From: Fidelibacterota bacterium
GTDB lineage: Bacteria; Fidelibacterota; Fidelibacteria; Fidelibacterales; Fidelibacteraceae
Assembly (NCBI GenBank): GCA_021157965.1
Contig: JAGGVO010000041.1
Location: forward strand, 224,119-256,118
Direction: 5' to 3'
Length of the DNA stretch: 32,000 bases
Of this stretch, positions 9,646-16,916 are shown in pieces (within the stretch, counting starts at the first letter, position 1; every line of letters begins with the position of its first letter). The notes under the pieces are model-generated. The model was not told where the DNA came from, did not search any database, and saw only the letters and a program-made list of their open reading frames with translations. The translations under genes and the position numbers were made by a program.

Positions 9646-10068
9646 TTATTCTCCTATAATTTTAACCAAAACCCGTTTGGGCCTGCGCCCGTCAAATTCA
9701 CCATAGAAGATCTGTTCCCAGGGACCAAAATCAAGGCGGCCTTTTGTGACGGCCACAACGACTTCACGTCCCATGATTTGCCGCTTGTGGTGAGCATCTC
9801 CGTTATCTTCCCCGGTCCTGTTGTGAGCATACAGATCTGTTCCCGGATCAAAGGGCGCCAGTTTTTCCAACCAGCGTTTATAATCCTGGTGAAGACCCGG
9901 CTCGTCGTCATTAATGAAAACAGAGGCGGTAATGTGCATGGCATTGACAAGACACAATCCTTCCTTTATGCCCGATTCACGAACCAGATCTTCCACATGG
10001 CCGGTGATATTTACAAAATCCATCCTCGCGGGAATGTTAAATGTAAGGTGTTTTGTCAGTGATTTCAT
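9646..10068 (-). CDS. yjbQ: YjbQ/UPF0047 family protein (secondary thiamine-phosphate synthase-like)
   Basis: The start at the internal Met ([13 protein letters not shown]...) is preceded on the minus strand by [27 protein letters not shown] and GDAHHK are typical of UPF0047. The ORF-track extension to 10125 is a hydrophobic junk leader. Confidence 0.75.
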   Translation of the reverse strand: MKSLTKHLTFNIPARMDFVNITGHVEDLVRESGIKEGLCLVNAMHITASVFINDDEPGLHQDYKRWLEKLAPFDPGTDLYAHNRTGEDNGDAHHKRQIMGREVVVAVTKGRLDFGPWEQIFYGEFDGRRPKRVLVKIIGE

Positions 10069-10149
10069 AAGACCCCCTTTAACTTGAAAAGGTAAGGAAA
10101 AAAGAAGGAAAATAGAAAGCAACATTCTTCGCCATTCAGAGTAAAACTA

Positions 10150-10179
10150 TTGAAAAGTGGAACAGACATCCCGTATATT
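10150..10179 (+). promoter_or_regulatory. candidate sigma70-type promoter for the eRF1-like gene
   Basis: TTGAAA (10150-10155), 18 nt, then TATATT (10174-10179). It lies in the 175-bp divergent intergenic region. AAGGAGG lies 6-7 nt upstream of the ATG at 10244. Confidence 0.35.
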
Positions 10180-10243
10180 GAATTAGAAATGCCTCGAATA
10201 ACATAAATATCTCAACATAACAATTAGTACAAGGAGGACTGGT

Positions 10244-11374
10244 ATGAATTCAGTGACGGTAATTCAGTCTCTGCAAACACTGAAAACCGAAGGGAATCCC
10301 GTAACAACGGTTTATCTTGACGTGTCTACATCCCAAAAGCTCCGAAATGCAGTTGTTGTTGTCAACAACATGTTTAAACAGAAAAAAGAGAAGACTTTTT
10401 ATAAAAACCTTTCAGAAAAGGAAAAAGTGTCTGTGCGGAAAGATGTGGAGGGTATTATCAAATTCCTTAATAACCAGCTGGGAGAAGATCGACAGTCGTT
10501 AATGATCGTATCGTCCAATCGGGCTTATGTGTGGCAGGTGATTCATCTGGGATTTCCGGTTGAAAATATGATGATGATTCAGGACCGCCCCTATCTGCGC
10601 CCTTTTCTGGAAGGCATCAGCCATGAACGGAATTATGCCATTGTCATGGTGGATCAGGGAAAGGCTAAAATTCTGATGAATCATCTCGGGAACAAGGAAG
10701 AAATGTTCAATGTGGTGAATCTGCTTCCTGAAGATGCCAATGAAGGCGGTTTTGGCGGTATGGATGAACGGAAGAATGAACGCCATCGTGAAGAGGTTGT
10801 GGCCAAGCATTATAAAAATGTGGCGGCTCAACTGGAAACACTGGATCGGAAATACCATTTTGACTGGATAATTTTGGGCGGACTCCGTGAGAGTATCTCC
10901 GATTTTGCCAACTATCTTAAAACCAATCTGAAGGATAAAATCAGCCGTGAAATCCATGTGGATCCCAATCTTCCCATGGATAAAGTTTTTCAGCTTGTGG
11001 ATAAGGAGATCCCGGGATGCCGTATGGATTTTGAGAAAGACATCCTGAATATGTTTGCCAATGAATTCCACAAGAACTACAAAGGTGTTGCCGGAATACA
11101 CCAGACGGAAGAAGCTCTTCAAAAGGGACAGGTGGACATGCTGATGATTCAGAATGGTTTTCAGACCAAAGGACGGGTGTGTAAATGGTGTTTGCACATG
11201 ACAACAGGGGAAGAAGACGAATGCCCCGGTTGCGGTCATCCCATGGTCCGAACCCTGGATATTACTGATGAGCTGATTCACCAGGCTTTGGATACCGGAG
11301 CGAAAATTGAATTTATCTCCTCGGATATGGGAGAATTTTCGCCCTTGTGCGGACTTCTTCGATATAAACCGTAA
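10244..11374 (+). CDS. bacterial eRF1-like (baeRF1 / Vms1-Ankzf1-like) protein with a C-terminal zinc ribbon
   Basis: 376 aa. The N-terminal pattern (...PVTTVYLDVS...) and a central GG-containing loop (ANEGGFGGMDERKNERHREEVVAKHYKNVA) recall the bacterial eRF1-like family. The C-terminus carries CKWC-x13-CPGC, a 4-Cys ribbon. Confidence 0.6.
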   Translation: MNSVTVIQSLQTLKTEGNPVTTVYLDVSTSQKLRNAVVVVNNMFKQKKEKTFYKNLSEKEKVSVRKDVEGIIKFLNNQLGEDRQSLMIVSSNRAYVWQVIHLGFPVENMMMIQDRPYLRPFLEGISHERNYAIVMVDQGKAKILMNHLGNKEEMFNVVNLLPEDANEGGFGGMDERKNERHREEVVAKHYKNVAAQLETLDRKYHFDWIILGGLRESISDFANYLKTNLKDKISREIHVDPNLPMDKVFQLVDKEIPGCRMDFEKDILNMFANEFHKNYKGVAGIHQTEEALQKGQVDMLMIQNGFQTKGRVCKWCLHMTTGEEDECPGCGHPMVRTLDITDELIHQALDTGAKIEFISSDMGEFSPLCGLLRYKP

Positions 11375-11389
11375 CCTGTTGATAATGCA

Positions 11390-11422
11390 GGGACTTTTAG
11401 GAAAAGTCTCAACAAATTTTTT
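11390..11422 (+). terminator. weak candidate intrinsic terminator after the eRF1-like gene
   Basis: The hairpin GGGACTTTT-AGG-AAAAGTCTC is a 9-bp stem including one G-U pair, with a very short loop. TTTTTT follows 6 nt downstream. Confidence 0.35.
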
Positions 11423-11460
11423 AATAAAAGGGTTTAAAACTATGATATATAGTTTTTATC

Positions 11461-11489
11461 TTGACTTTCATGTGTTTTGAATTTATATT
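11461..11489 (+). promoter_or_regulatory. candidate sigma70-type promoter of the eight-gene motor operon
   Basis: TTGACT (11461-11466), exactly 17 nt, then TATATT (11484-11489). It sits in an AT-rich 187-bp intergenic region, ~70 nt upstream of the ATG at 11562. Confidence 0.45.
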
Positions 11490-11561
11490 TTTTTAAGTAT
11501 GTATATATGTTGAAAGTTGTTATTCAACAACCGTAAATTCAAAATAAAAAAGGAAAACAGG

Positions 11562-12488
11562 ATGTCCCTCAATCGATGGCTTCGTTTGGGAACCGTTTTG
11601 GTGTTGTTGTCAGGTTGTGCCTGGTTCAGGGGGGGCGAGAGTCCCGAAGGGGACGAAGGACTTGCCGTTGATTCAACGGAAATAGCTTTACAGAATGATT
11701 TAATTCAACAGGAAATGAATGAGATCACGACTTCCGGTACCCGGGATAGTGTTATTCAGGAGCGGGATTATTCCTTTGTTTTGAATGAGCTCTCCTATGA
11801 ATTGAAAAAACAGGGTGCCCGGATCAAACACCTGGAATCTGAGCTGAAAGACCTGAAGGCAAAATCCACCCTCTGGGAGAATCCCCTGAAGATTTATAAT
11901 AAAGAAATCATTCTTCAGAACGGGACCAGCATGTTTGGCAAGATCATGTACCAGGATAGTGATATTTTAAAAGTTCAAACGCTCATCGGGTACTTTGTCC
12001 TTTCCCGTGATGAGGTAGTGCGTATTGTGGATAATATTCCCGCATCTGCTGTTGAAAGCCGCGAAGTTGCGGCGGATCAGGCTTCCGGACAGCCGGTATC
12101 GGTACCGACAGCGGAAACGATTTCTCCTGTTGAATTACCGGAAAGACCCTCACCATCGGCGGTGGATGCAAATTGTATTTTGGTGGGGAACATCCGTGAA
12201 AGCACGGATCCCTCGGGGAATCGCATTTTTTCTGGAGAGGTGAAGAATATAGGTGCCCGTCGGGCTGATTTTGTAAAGATCACATTTGTCTTTCGCATGA
12301 ACTGGAGCGGTGAGACGAAAACCCTGACGACCTTTGTCAAGGGATCCTTTATGAATTATGCCAGTGGTGTTAGCTCTGATGCGGCCTTACTGCCCGGTGC
12401 CACCGGAAGGTTCACATTGAATATTCCGGCATCTTTTGGTACATTTATCGGTTATTCATATAGCATTAACTGGGAGGAATATGATTAA
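11562..12488 (+). CDS. lipoprotein with an N-terminal coiled coil, a small beta domain, a Pro/Ser linker and a C-terminal beta-sandwich-like domain (operon gene 1)
   Basis: The start at MSLNRWLRLGTVLVLLSGC (lipobox LSGC) is preceded by AAGGAAAACAGG. A heptad-like segment LKKQGARIKHLESELKDLKAK is present. The C-terminus alternates hydrophobic and polar residues (FSGEVKNIGARRADFVKITFVF...). The TTG at 11517 in the ORF track is less plausible. Confidence 0.65.
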   Translation: MSLNRWLRLGTVLVLLSGCAWFRGGESPEGDEGLAVDSTEIALQNDLIQQEMNEITTSGTRDSVIQERDYSFVLNELSYELKKQGARIKHLESELKDLKAKSTLWENPLKIYNKEIILQNGTSMFGKIMYQDSDILKVQTLIGYFVLSRDEVVRIVDNIPASAVESREVAADQASGQPVSVPTAETISPVELPERPSPSAVDANCILVGNIRESTDPSGNRIFSGEVKNIGARRADFVKITFVFRMNWSGETKTLTTFVKGSFMNYASGVSSDAALLPGATGRFTLNIPASFGTFIGYSYSINWEEYD

Positions 12489-13422
12489 GCGATTCTCGGC
12501 GTTACCGCATGTGATGATTCCGCTGCTTTTCTCTGTCCTTTTTCTTGCAGCCTGCGGAGGATCCCGTCCGGAAGTTCCTCCGGAGAAACTACAGCGGACC
12601 GAAGATGACCTGCGGAGGCGCGAACAGGAAGTCCAGCAAAAAACCATCGAGATTCTTGATCTGAAAAACCAGATCATTATACTCCAAAGTGAAATCAGTG
12701 AACTGAAATCCAATATTATCGAACTGGAAAGCCATCGTGATTCCCTTCGCTCCAGGCTGATGAATGAAAAAATGTCTGCCGAAGAGCTGGAGGGGATGTT
12801 ATCGGAACTGGACGAAAAAAACCTGGAACTGAAACGACAAAACGAGCTGCTTCAATCGTACCTGAATGCATCGCAGGATTCTATCCTGAAGGCGCTGGAA
12901 ACGGCTGCCGTGAAAGAATCCGAACAAAATCTTTTAAAAACAATCTCCCGGAATGAACCGGTAAAAACCGATACGGCAGTGGGAAAAATCGTTGCCGACA
13001 CAAGCGCTTTGAATGCAGCTATAAGTCCTGTCATGGATCTGACCCAGGATGAATACCTGCAGCGGTATCAGGATGCTCTGGACCTCCTGTTCGACAAACA
13101 ACGCAATAAGGCCATCGAGGAATTCAGGGAATTGATCCGAATTGCCCCGGATAACGATTATTCAGACAATTGCCAATACTGGATTGGTGAAGGGTATTAT
13201 GCACAGGGGCTCTACAGTCGTGCCATTGAGGAATTTGAAAAAGTCAAAACGCTGCCGAACGGCAATAAAGCTGATCATGCCCAATTTAAAATCGGTCTGT
13301 CTTACCTGAAACTGGGACAGAAAGTAGAAGGTCTGGAAGCCTTTAAAAAACTTCTGGAGGAATATCCGAACAGTGAATTGGTCGGCAAGGTCCGGGATAT
13401 GATTAATTCAGGACAGTTCTGA
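12481..13422 (+). CDS. lipoprotein, coiled coil plus CpoB/YbgF-like TPR domain (operon gene 2)
   Basis: The ATG at 12481 is preceded by GGGAGG and has an 8-nt overlap (ATGATTAA) with gene 1. The lipobox is FLAAC. A ~100-aa heptad region follows (ILDLKNQIIILQSEISELKSNIIELE...). The C-terminus (QYWIGEGYYAQGLYSRAIEEFEKV...ADHAQFKIGLSYLKLGQ...EEYPNSELV) closely follows the YbgF/CpoB TPR signature. Confidence 0.75.
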   Translation: MIKRFSALPHVMIPLLFSVLFLAACGGSRPEVPPEKLQRTEDDLRRREQEVQQKTIEILDLKNQIIILQSEISELKSNIIELESHRDSLRSRLMNEKMSAEELEGMLSELDEKNLELKRQNELLQSYLNASQDSILKALETAAVKESEQNLLKTISRNEPVKTDTAVGKIVADTSALNAAISPVMDLTQDEYLQRYQDALDLLFDKQRNKAIEEFRELIRIAPDNDYSDNCQYWIGEGYYAQGLYSRAIEEFEKVKTLPNGNKADHAQFKIGLSYLKLGQKVEGLEAFKKLLEEYPNSELVGKVRDMINSGQF

Positions 13423-13423
13423 T

Positions 13424-14080
13424 ATGAAATTTTTGTGTTTCGTCTGTTCTTTGACATGTTTTGCCACTTTGGGTTTTTCTCAGGACCCTATGCTGGATAT
13501 GGATATGCTTTTTCCTGAACGGTCCGTCAGACAGGATTCTGCCCTGATAAACCTGCAATCTTCAGGAACGGATATGGGAGGGGCCGTCTCTCTGGCGGAA
13601 TTGCAAAAACGTATAGAACGCCTGGAAGAAGAAGTCCGATTGCTTAAAAAAGCCCTGGAAGAACGGCAACAGGTTACAGAAAAAAAGCCTGATGATCCGG
13701 GATTTCCTCTCATTGAGCAGCAACTGTATGCCCGGGCTCTCCGCTATTTTACAGCCGGGGATTATGGAAAGGCATCCGAATTGCTTCGGCAGGTGAGAGA
13801 AAACACACAAGAGAAAGAACTGAACCTCAGCGCCCTCTACTGGCTGGGGGAATGTGCCTTTCGGCAAAACAACTACAATGAAGCCGTGGTGCTTCTCCAG
13901 GAACTGCTTTCCGAAGAGAGTAAAATATTCCGGGAAAATGCCCTGATCCTTGTTGCCATCAGTTTCAGAAATCTCGGAAAACAGGCCGAATCCGAACGCT
14001 ATTTTCAGGCATATCTGGAAGCATACCCCGATTCAAAATATTCGGCCCTCGCCCGGAGAGAATTGAAAAAAAATCAGTGA
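13424..14080 (+). CDS. secreted coiled coil plus CpoB/YbgF-like TPR protein (operon gene 3)
   Basis: There is a 1-nt gap after gene 2. It has a signal peptide (MKFLCFVCSLTCFATLGFSQ) and a short coiled coil (LAELQKRIERLEEEVRLLKKALEE). The TPR region is LYWLGECAFRQNNYNEAV...AYPDSKYSALARREL. Confidence 0.72.
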   Translation: MKFLCFVCSLTCFATLGFSQDPMLDMDMLFPERSVRQDSALINLQSSGTDMGGAVSLAELQKRIERLEEEVRLLKKALEERQQVTEKKPDDPGFPLIEQQLYARALRYFTAGDYGKASELLRQVRENTQEKELNLSALYWLGECAFRQNNYNEAVVLLQELLSEESKIFRENALILVAISFRNLGKQAESERYFQAYLEAYPDSKYSALARRELKKNQ

Positions 14081-14097
14081 TAAAAGTGATAAAAAAC

Positions 14098-15438
14098 ATG
14101 AAACAATTAAAATGGCTGTTCCTTCTGTTATGCGTGGTACTGTACGGCCATACGGCCCACGCATCCTCTCAGGTTTCCTTTATGAAACCGGGGCCCATGA
14201 TGCGGGTGCCGTCAAGTTCTGTGGAAGACTCACCCTATCTTTTCCGGACCGGTTTCGGTTCCGATCTGTACGGAATCGAAGATTTTCGCATGTCCAAAGG
14301 GGTCTTTTTCGATATGGACATTATCAATTCACTGAATGTGGGATTCTCCGTGATCCAGCCCTATGATGTTACCGCCATGAATACATCCGATGTGGAATAC
14401 GGCTTTCACCTGACGAAACGGGTTATGGCCTATGGGGATATTTCCATGGCTGTGGGACTTTGGGATTTTGTCCTGAGGAATATCGATGACGAAATGCAGG
14501 TGGATAATCAGAACTTTTCCTTTTTTGCTGTGATTTCTACTGAAAAGATGATGGGAGAAACGGGTTTTAATACATATATGGGTGTGGGTAGCGGTGGACT
14601 TTCCCGGGGTTTTTCAAGTAATGATACTACCACAAGTATAGGGGTTTTTGCCGGTTTCCTGTTCAGGACCGGTATGATGGCAGATCGGGGAGGGATTAAC
14701 CTGATTGGTGAATTTGACGGAGGGGGATTGAATCTGGGGATGGAAATCCCCCTGACGACAGAATACAGGTTGAATCTGGGTATCTCCCAATTACAGTGGC
14801 TGCCGAATTTTGGGAAGGAAAATGAGACCGATCTGCCGGCCATATCCATGGGCCTCACCCTGGCCATCCCCCGAAGTTTGCCGGGACGGGCATCACGGCG
14901 CAGCGGTATAGCGGTTGGTACGGGTGAGAATACAGGAACATCGGCGACAGAATCGGAATACCGTGCCAAACTGGATTCCATCCTGAGAGAAGCAGATGCC
15001 ACCATTATGGGCCTCCGGGATTCCCTGAGGATATCTGTCCAGACGGTGGACGACCTGAACAATACCATCGCCCTTCTCCGTCAGCAGAAATCCGTCCTGG
15101 AAGATTCTCTCCAATCGGTGAAACTTCAGCAGCATGTGATGCAGCAAAATATCAATCTGGCCCTGAAGCATTTGAGCCGGAGTCTCCGGTATTTTTATGC
15201 CGGCGATTATATTCAGGCGCTGAATGAGGTGGATATTGCCATCCAGCTCAATCCCAATCTTTCTCTTGCCTACGCACGCCGGGGGTCGATTTATTACAAA
15301 ATGGGAGATATTCAAAGGGCGGCGATCAACTGGAATCTGGCCCTGCAGATCGACCCCGAATATGATGATGTCCGCAATATTCTGAAGGTCCTCCAGGAAA
15401 CCCGCTCTCGTACAGGGTCCTTCATGAACAATAACTAA
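14098..15438 (+). CDS. secreted protein: beta-rich N-terminal domain, coiled coil and C-terminal TPR (operon gene 4)
   Basis: The ATG at 14098 gives a clean signal peptide (MKQLKWLFLLLCVVLYGHTAHA). A GTG at 14077 overlapping the upstream stop is the alternative start. About 250 aa show an alternating hydrophobic, Gly/aromatic-rich pattern, which looks like beta strands. A coiled coil follows (LDSILREADATIMGLRDSL...LLRQQKSVLEDSL), then TPR (AYARRGSIYYKMGDIQRAAINWNLALQIDPEY). Confidence 0.7.
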   Translation: MKQLKWLFLLLCVVLYGHTAHASSQVSFMKPGPMMRVPSSSVEDSPYLFRTGFGSDLYGIEDFRMSKGVFFDMDIINSLNVGFSVIQPYDVTAMNTSDVEYGFHLTKRVMAYGDISMAVGLWDFVLRNIDDEMQVDNQNFSFFAVISTEKMMGETGFNTYMGVGSGGLSRGFSSNDTTTSIGVFAGFLFRTGMMADRGGINLIGEFDGGGLNLGMEIPLTTEYRLNLGISQLQWLPNFGKENETDLPAISMGLTLAIPRSLPGRASRRSGIAVGTGENTGTSATESEYRAKLDSILREADATIMGLRDSLRISVQTVDDLNNTIALLRQQKSVLEDSLQSVKLQQHVMQQNINLALKHLSRSLRYFYAGDYIQALNEVDIAIQLNPNLSLAYARRGSIYYKMGDIQRAAINWNLALQIDPEYDDVRNILKVLQETRSRTGSFMNNN

Positions 15439-15447
15439 GGAGTCTGA

Positions 15448-16242
15448 ATGGATTTTGCAACCATCTTAGGGATTTTTATGGGCCTGGGACTGATCTTTTT
15501 TGGAATTACACTCCTTACACAGGATTATCAGATGTTTTGGTCCCTGCCCTCCCTTGCCATTGTTTTGGGAGGATCCCTTGCCGCCACACTGATTGCCTTT
15601 CCCCTTCACGAAGTCGGCCGCGTTTTTAAGGTGATTGGCATTGTCTTCAGAAAAGAACGGCGGGATATGCAAACGCTGGTCCGCCAGGTTACGGAACTGG
15701 CGGCTTTTGCCCGGCGGGGTCCAACAGAACTTGAGAAGCACATTGAAGAGGTGAAACATCCCTTTTTGAAGGATGGTATTCAGCTTGTGATTGACGGCTA
15801 TAGTGATGCTGATATCCGGGAAATCCTCACGTTGCGGATTGTAAACCGTGAACAGCGTGAAAAAGGGGAAGTGAATGTTGTAAAAACCATGGGAAAACTA
15901 TCCCCTGCTTTTGGTATGATCGGAACCCTTATCGGATTGGTTGTGATGCTATATGGCATGAGTGTAAGCGATGCGTCGGGCGATATGGCGGCTCAGCTTG
16001 GAAGAGGGATGGGTGCGGCCATTGTGACAACCTTCTACGGGGCTATTCTGGCGAATCTCTTTTTCAATCCAGCTGCCGCGAAAATCGATTCCCGTATTCA
16101 GAAAGCTTCCATGCTTCAACTGATGCTCATCGAAGGTGTTTGTCTTCTCTATCACCGGAAACATCCCCTCATTGTCCGGGAAAAGCTGAATTCCTTTCTC
16201 CCCCCCCGGGACTGGATCCGTGAAGAAGAACGAAAAGGCTGA
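15448..16242 (+). CDS. motA: flagellar-type stator A subunit (MotA/PomA family)
   Basis: 264 aa with the 4-TM MotA layout. TM1/TM2 lie at the N-terminus, followed by a ~95-aa cytoplasmic loop. TM3 is SPAFGMIGTLIGLV and TM4 is IVTTFYGAILANLFFNPAAAKI, with both conserved prolines present. The C-terminal tail is HPLIVREKLNSFLPP. AGGAG lies upstream of the ATG. Confidence 0.88.
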   Translation: MDFATILGIFMGLGLIFFGITLLTQDYQMFWSLPSLAIVLGGSLAATLIAFPLHEVGRVFKVIGIVFRKERRDMQTLVRQVTELAAFARRGPTELEKHIEEVKHPFLKDGIQLVIDGYSDADIREILTLRIVNREQREKGEVNVVKTMGKLSPAFGMIGTLIGLVVMLYGMSVSDASGDMAAQLGRGMGAAIVTTFYGAILANLFFNPAAAKIDSRIQKASMLQLMLIEGVCLLYHRKHPLIVREKLNSFLPPRDWIREEERKG

Positions 16243-16901
16243 TGGAAAAAACAAAGAAAAAAATACCCCTTCCCCCTGAAGAGACGGATTCGGAAGAGTG
16301 GCTTGTTACCTATTCGGATATCATGACACTGCTCATGACTTTTTTCGTATTGCTTTTTTCCATGTCCACCATCGACCCTGTGAAAATTGAACAGTTTGGT
16401 GAGGCGATGGGAAAGGAACTGGGAGTCAAGACCTCTGAAAGAACCGGCCGGGTCTCCCTTGCCCAGATTGACCGGGACGTGAAGGAGATTGTCAACGAAG
16501 AAAACTTAAACGAATATGTGGAAGTCACCCATTCCTACAGAGGGGTGACTATCTCGATTGTGGCTGATATCCTGTTTACCCGGGGAAGTGCCGAGCTGAA
16601 TCCCCGGGTCTATTCGATTCTTAACAAATTTATTCCGAAGATTCAAAATTCCATCTATCAGATTGCTGTGGAGGGACATACAGACAGTGATCCCATCCAT
16701 TCGGATAAATATCCGTCAAACTGGGAATTGTCTGCTGCCAGAGCCTCGCAGGTTGTCAATTATTATATTTCACAAGGCATTGATCCGGAACGTTTCAGGG
16801 CCATTGGTTTTGCTCATACCCGGCCTAAAAAACCAAATACAAGTCCGGAAAACAAGAGCCAGAACCGCCGGGTTGAAATAACATTCCTGGCAATATCTTA
16901 A
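16242..16901 (+). CDS. motB: flagellar-type stator B subunit (MotB family, OmpA-like peptidoglycan-binding domain)
   Basis: 1-nt overlap (TGATG) with motA. WLVTYSDIMTLLMTFFVLLF carries the conserved channel Asp (D26, GAT at 16317-16319). The OmpA-like C-terminus reads VEGHTDSDP...NWELSAARA...NRRVEI. Confidence 0.9.
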   Translation: MEKTKKKIPLPPEETDSEEWLVTYSDIMTLLMTFFVLLFSMSTIDPVKIEQFGEAMGKELGVKTSERTGRVSLAQIDRDVKEIVNEENLNEYVEVTHSYRGVTISIVADILFTRGSAELNPRVYSILNKFIPKIQNSIYQIAVEGHTDSDPIHSDKYPSNWELSAARASQVVNYYISQGIDPERFRAIGFAHTRPKKPNTSPENKSQNRRVEITFLAIS

Positions 16902-16916
16902 TAAAGGAGAGCTACA

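Noticed and set aside
10499-11281. 260-aa minus-strand ORF
   Set aside because: It is antisense to the eRF1-like gene. Its composition is His/Phe/Ile-rich and low in complexity, it has no RBS, and it would break the uniform plus-strand organisation. I treat it as a shadow ORF.
11517-11561. TTG start for operon gene 1, and similar upstream starts for genes at 12436, 18418, 20715 and 23059
   Set aside because: In each case a downstream ATG gives a proper signal peptide or a family-typical N-terminus, has an RBS, and removes a long overlap with the preceding gene.
14508-15315. Minus-strand ORFs of 186 aa and 140 aa
   Set aside because: They are antisense to operon gene 4. The products are Pro/Arg/Ser-rich and implausible. 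The sense-strand gene has a signal peptide, a coiled coil and TPR motifs.
15448-16901. Reading the MotA/MotB pairs as Tol-Pal (TolQ/TolR) or ExbB/ExbD, prompted by the adjacent CpoB/YbgF-like proteins
   Set aside because: The A subunits have the 4-TM MotA/PomA layout with a ~95-aa cytoplasmic loop and a MotA-type C-terminal tail. The B subunits carry OmpA-like peptidoglycan-binding domains, which TolR and ExbD lack. No TolA, TolB, Pal or TonB gene is present, and a FliG-like partner follows.
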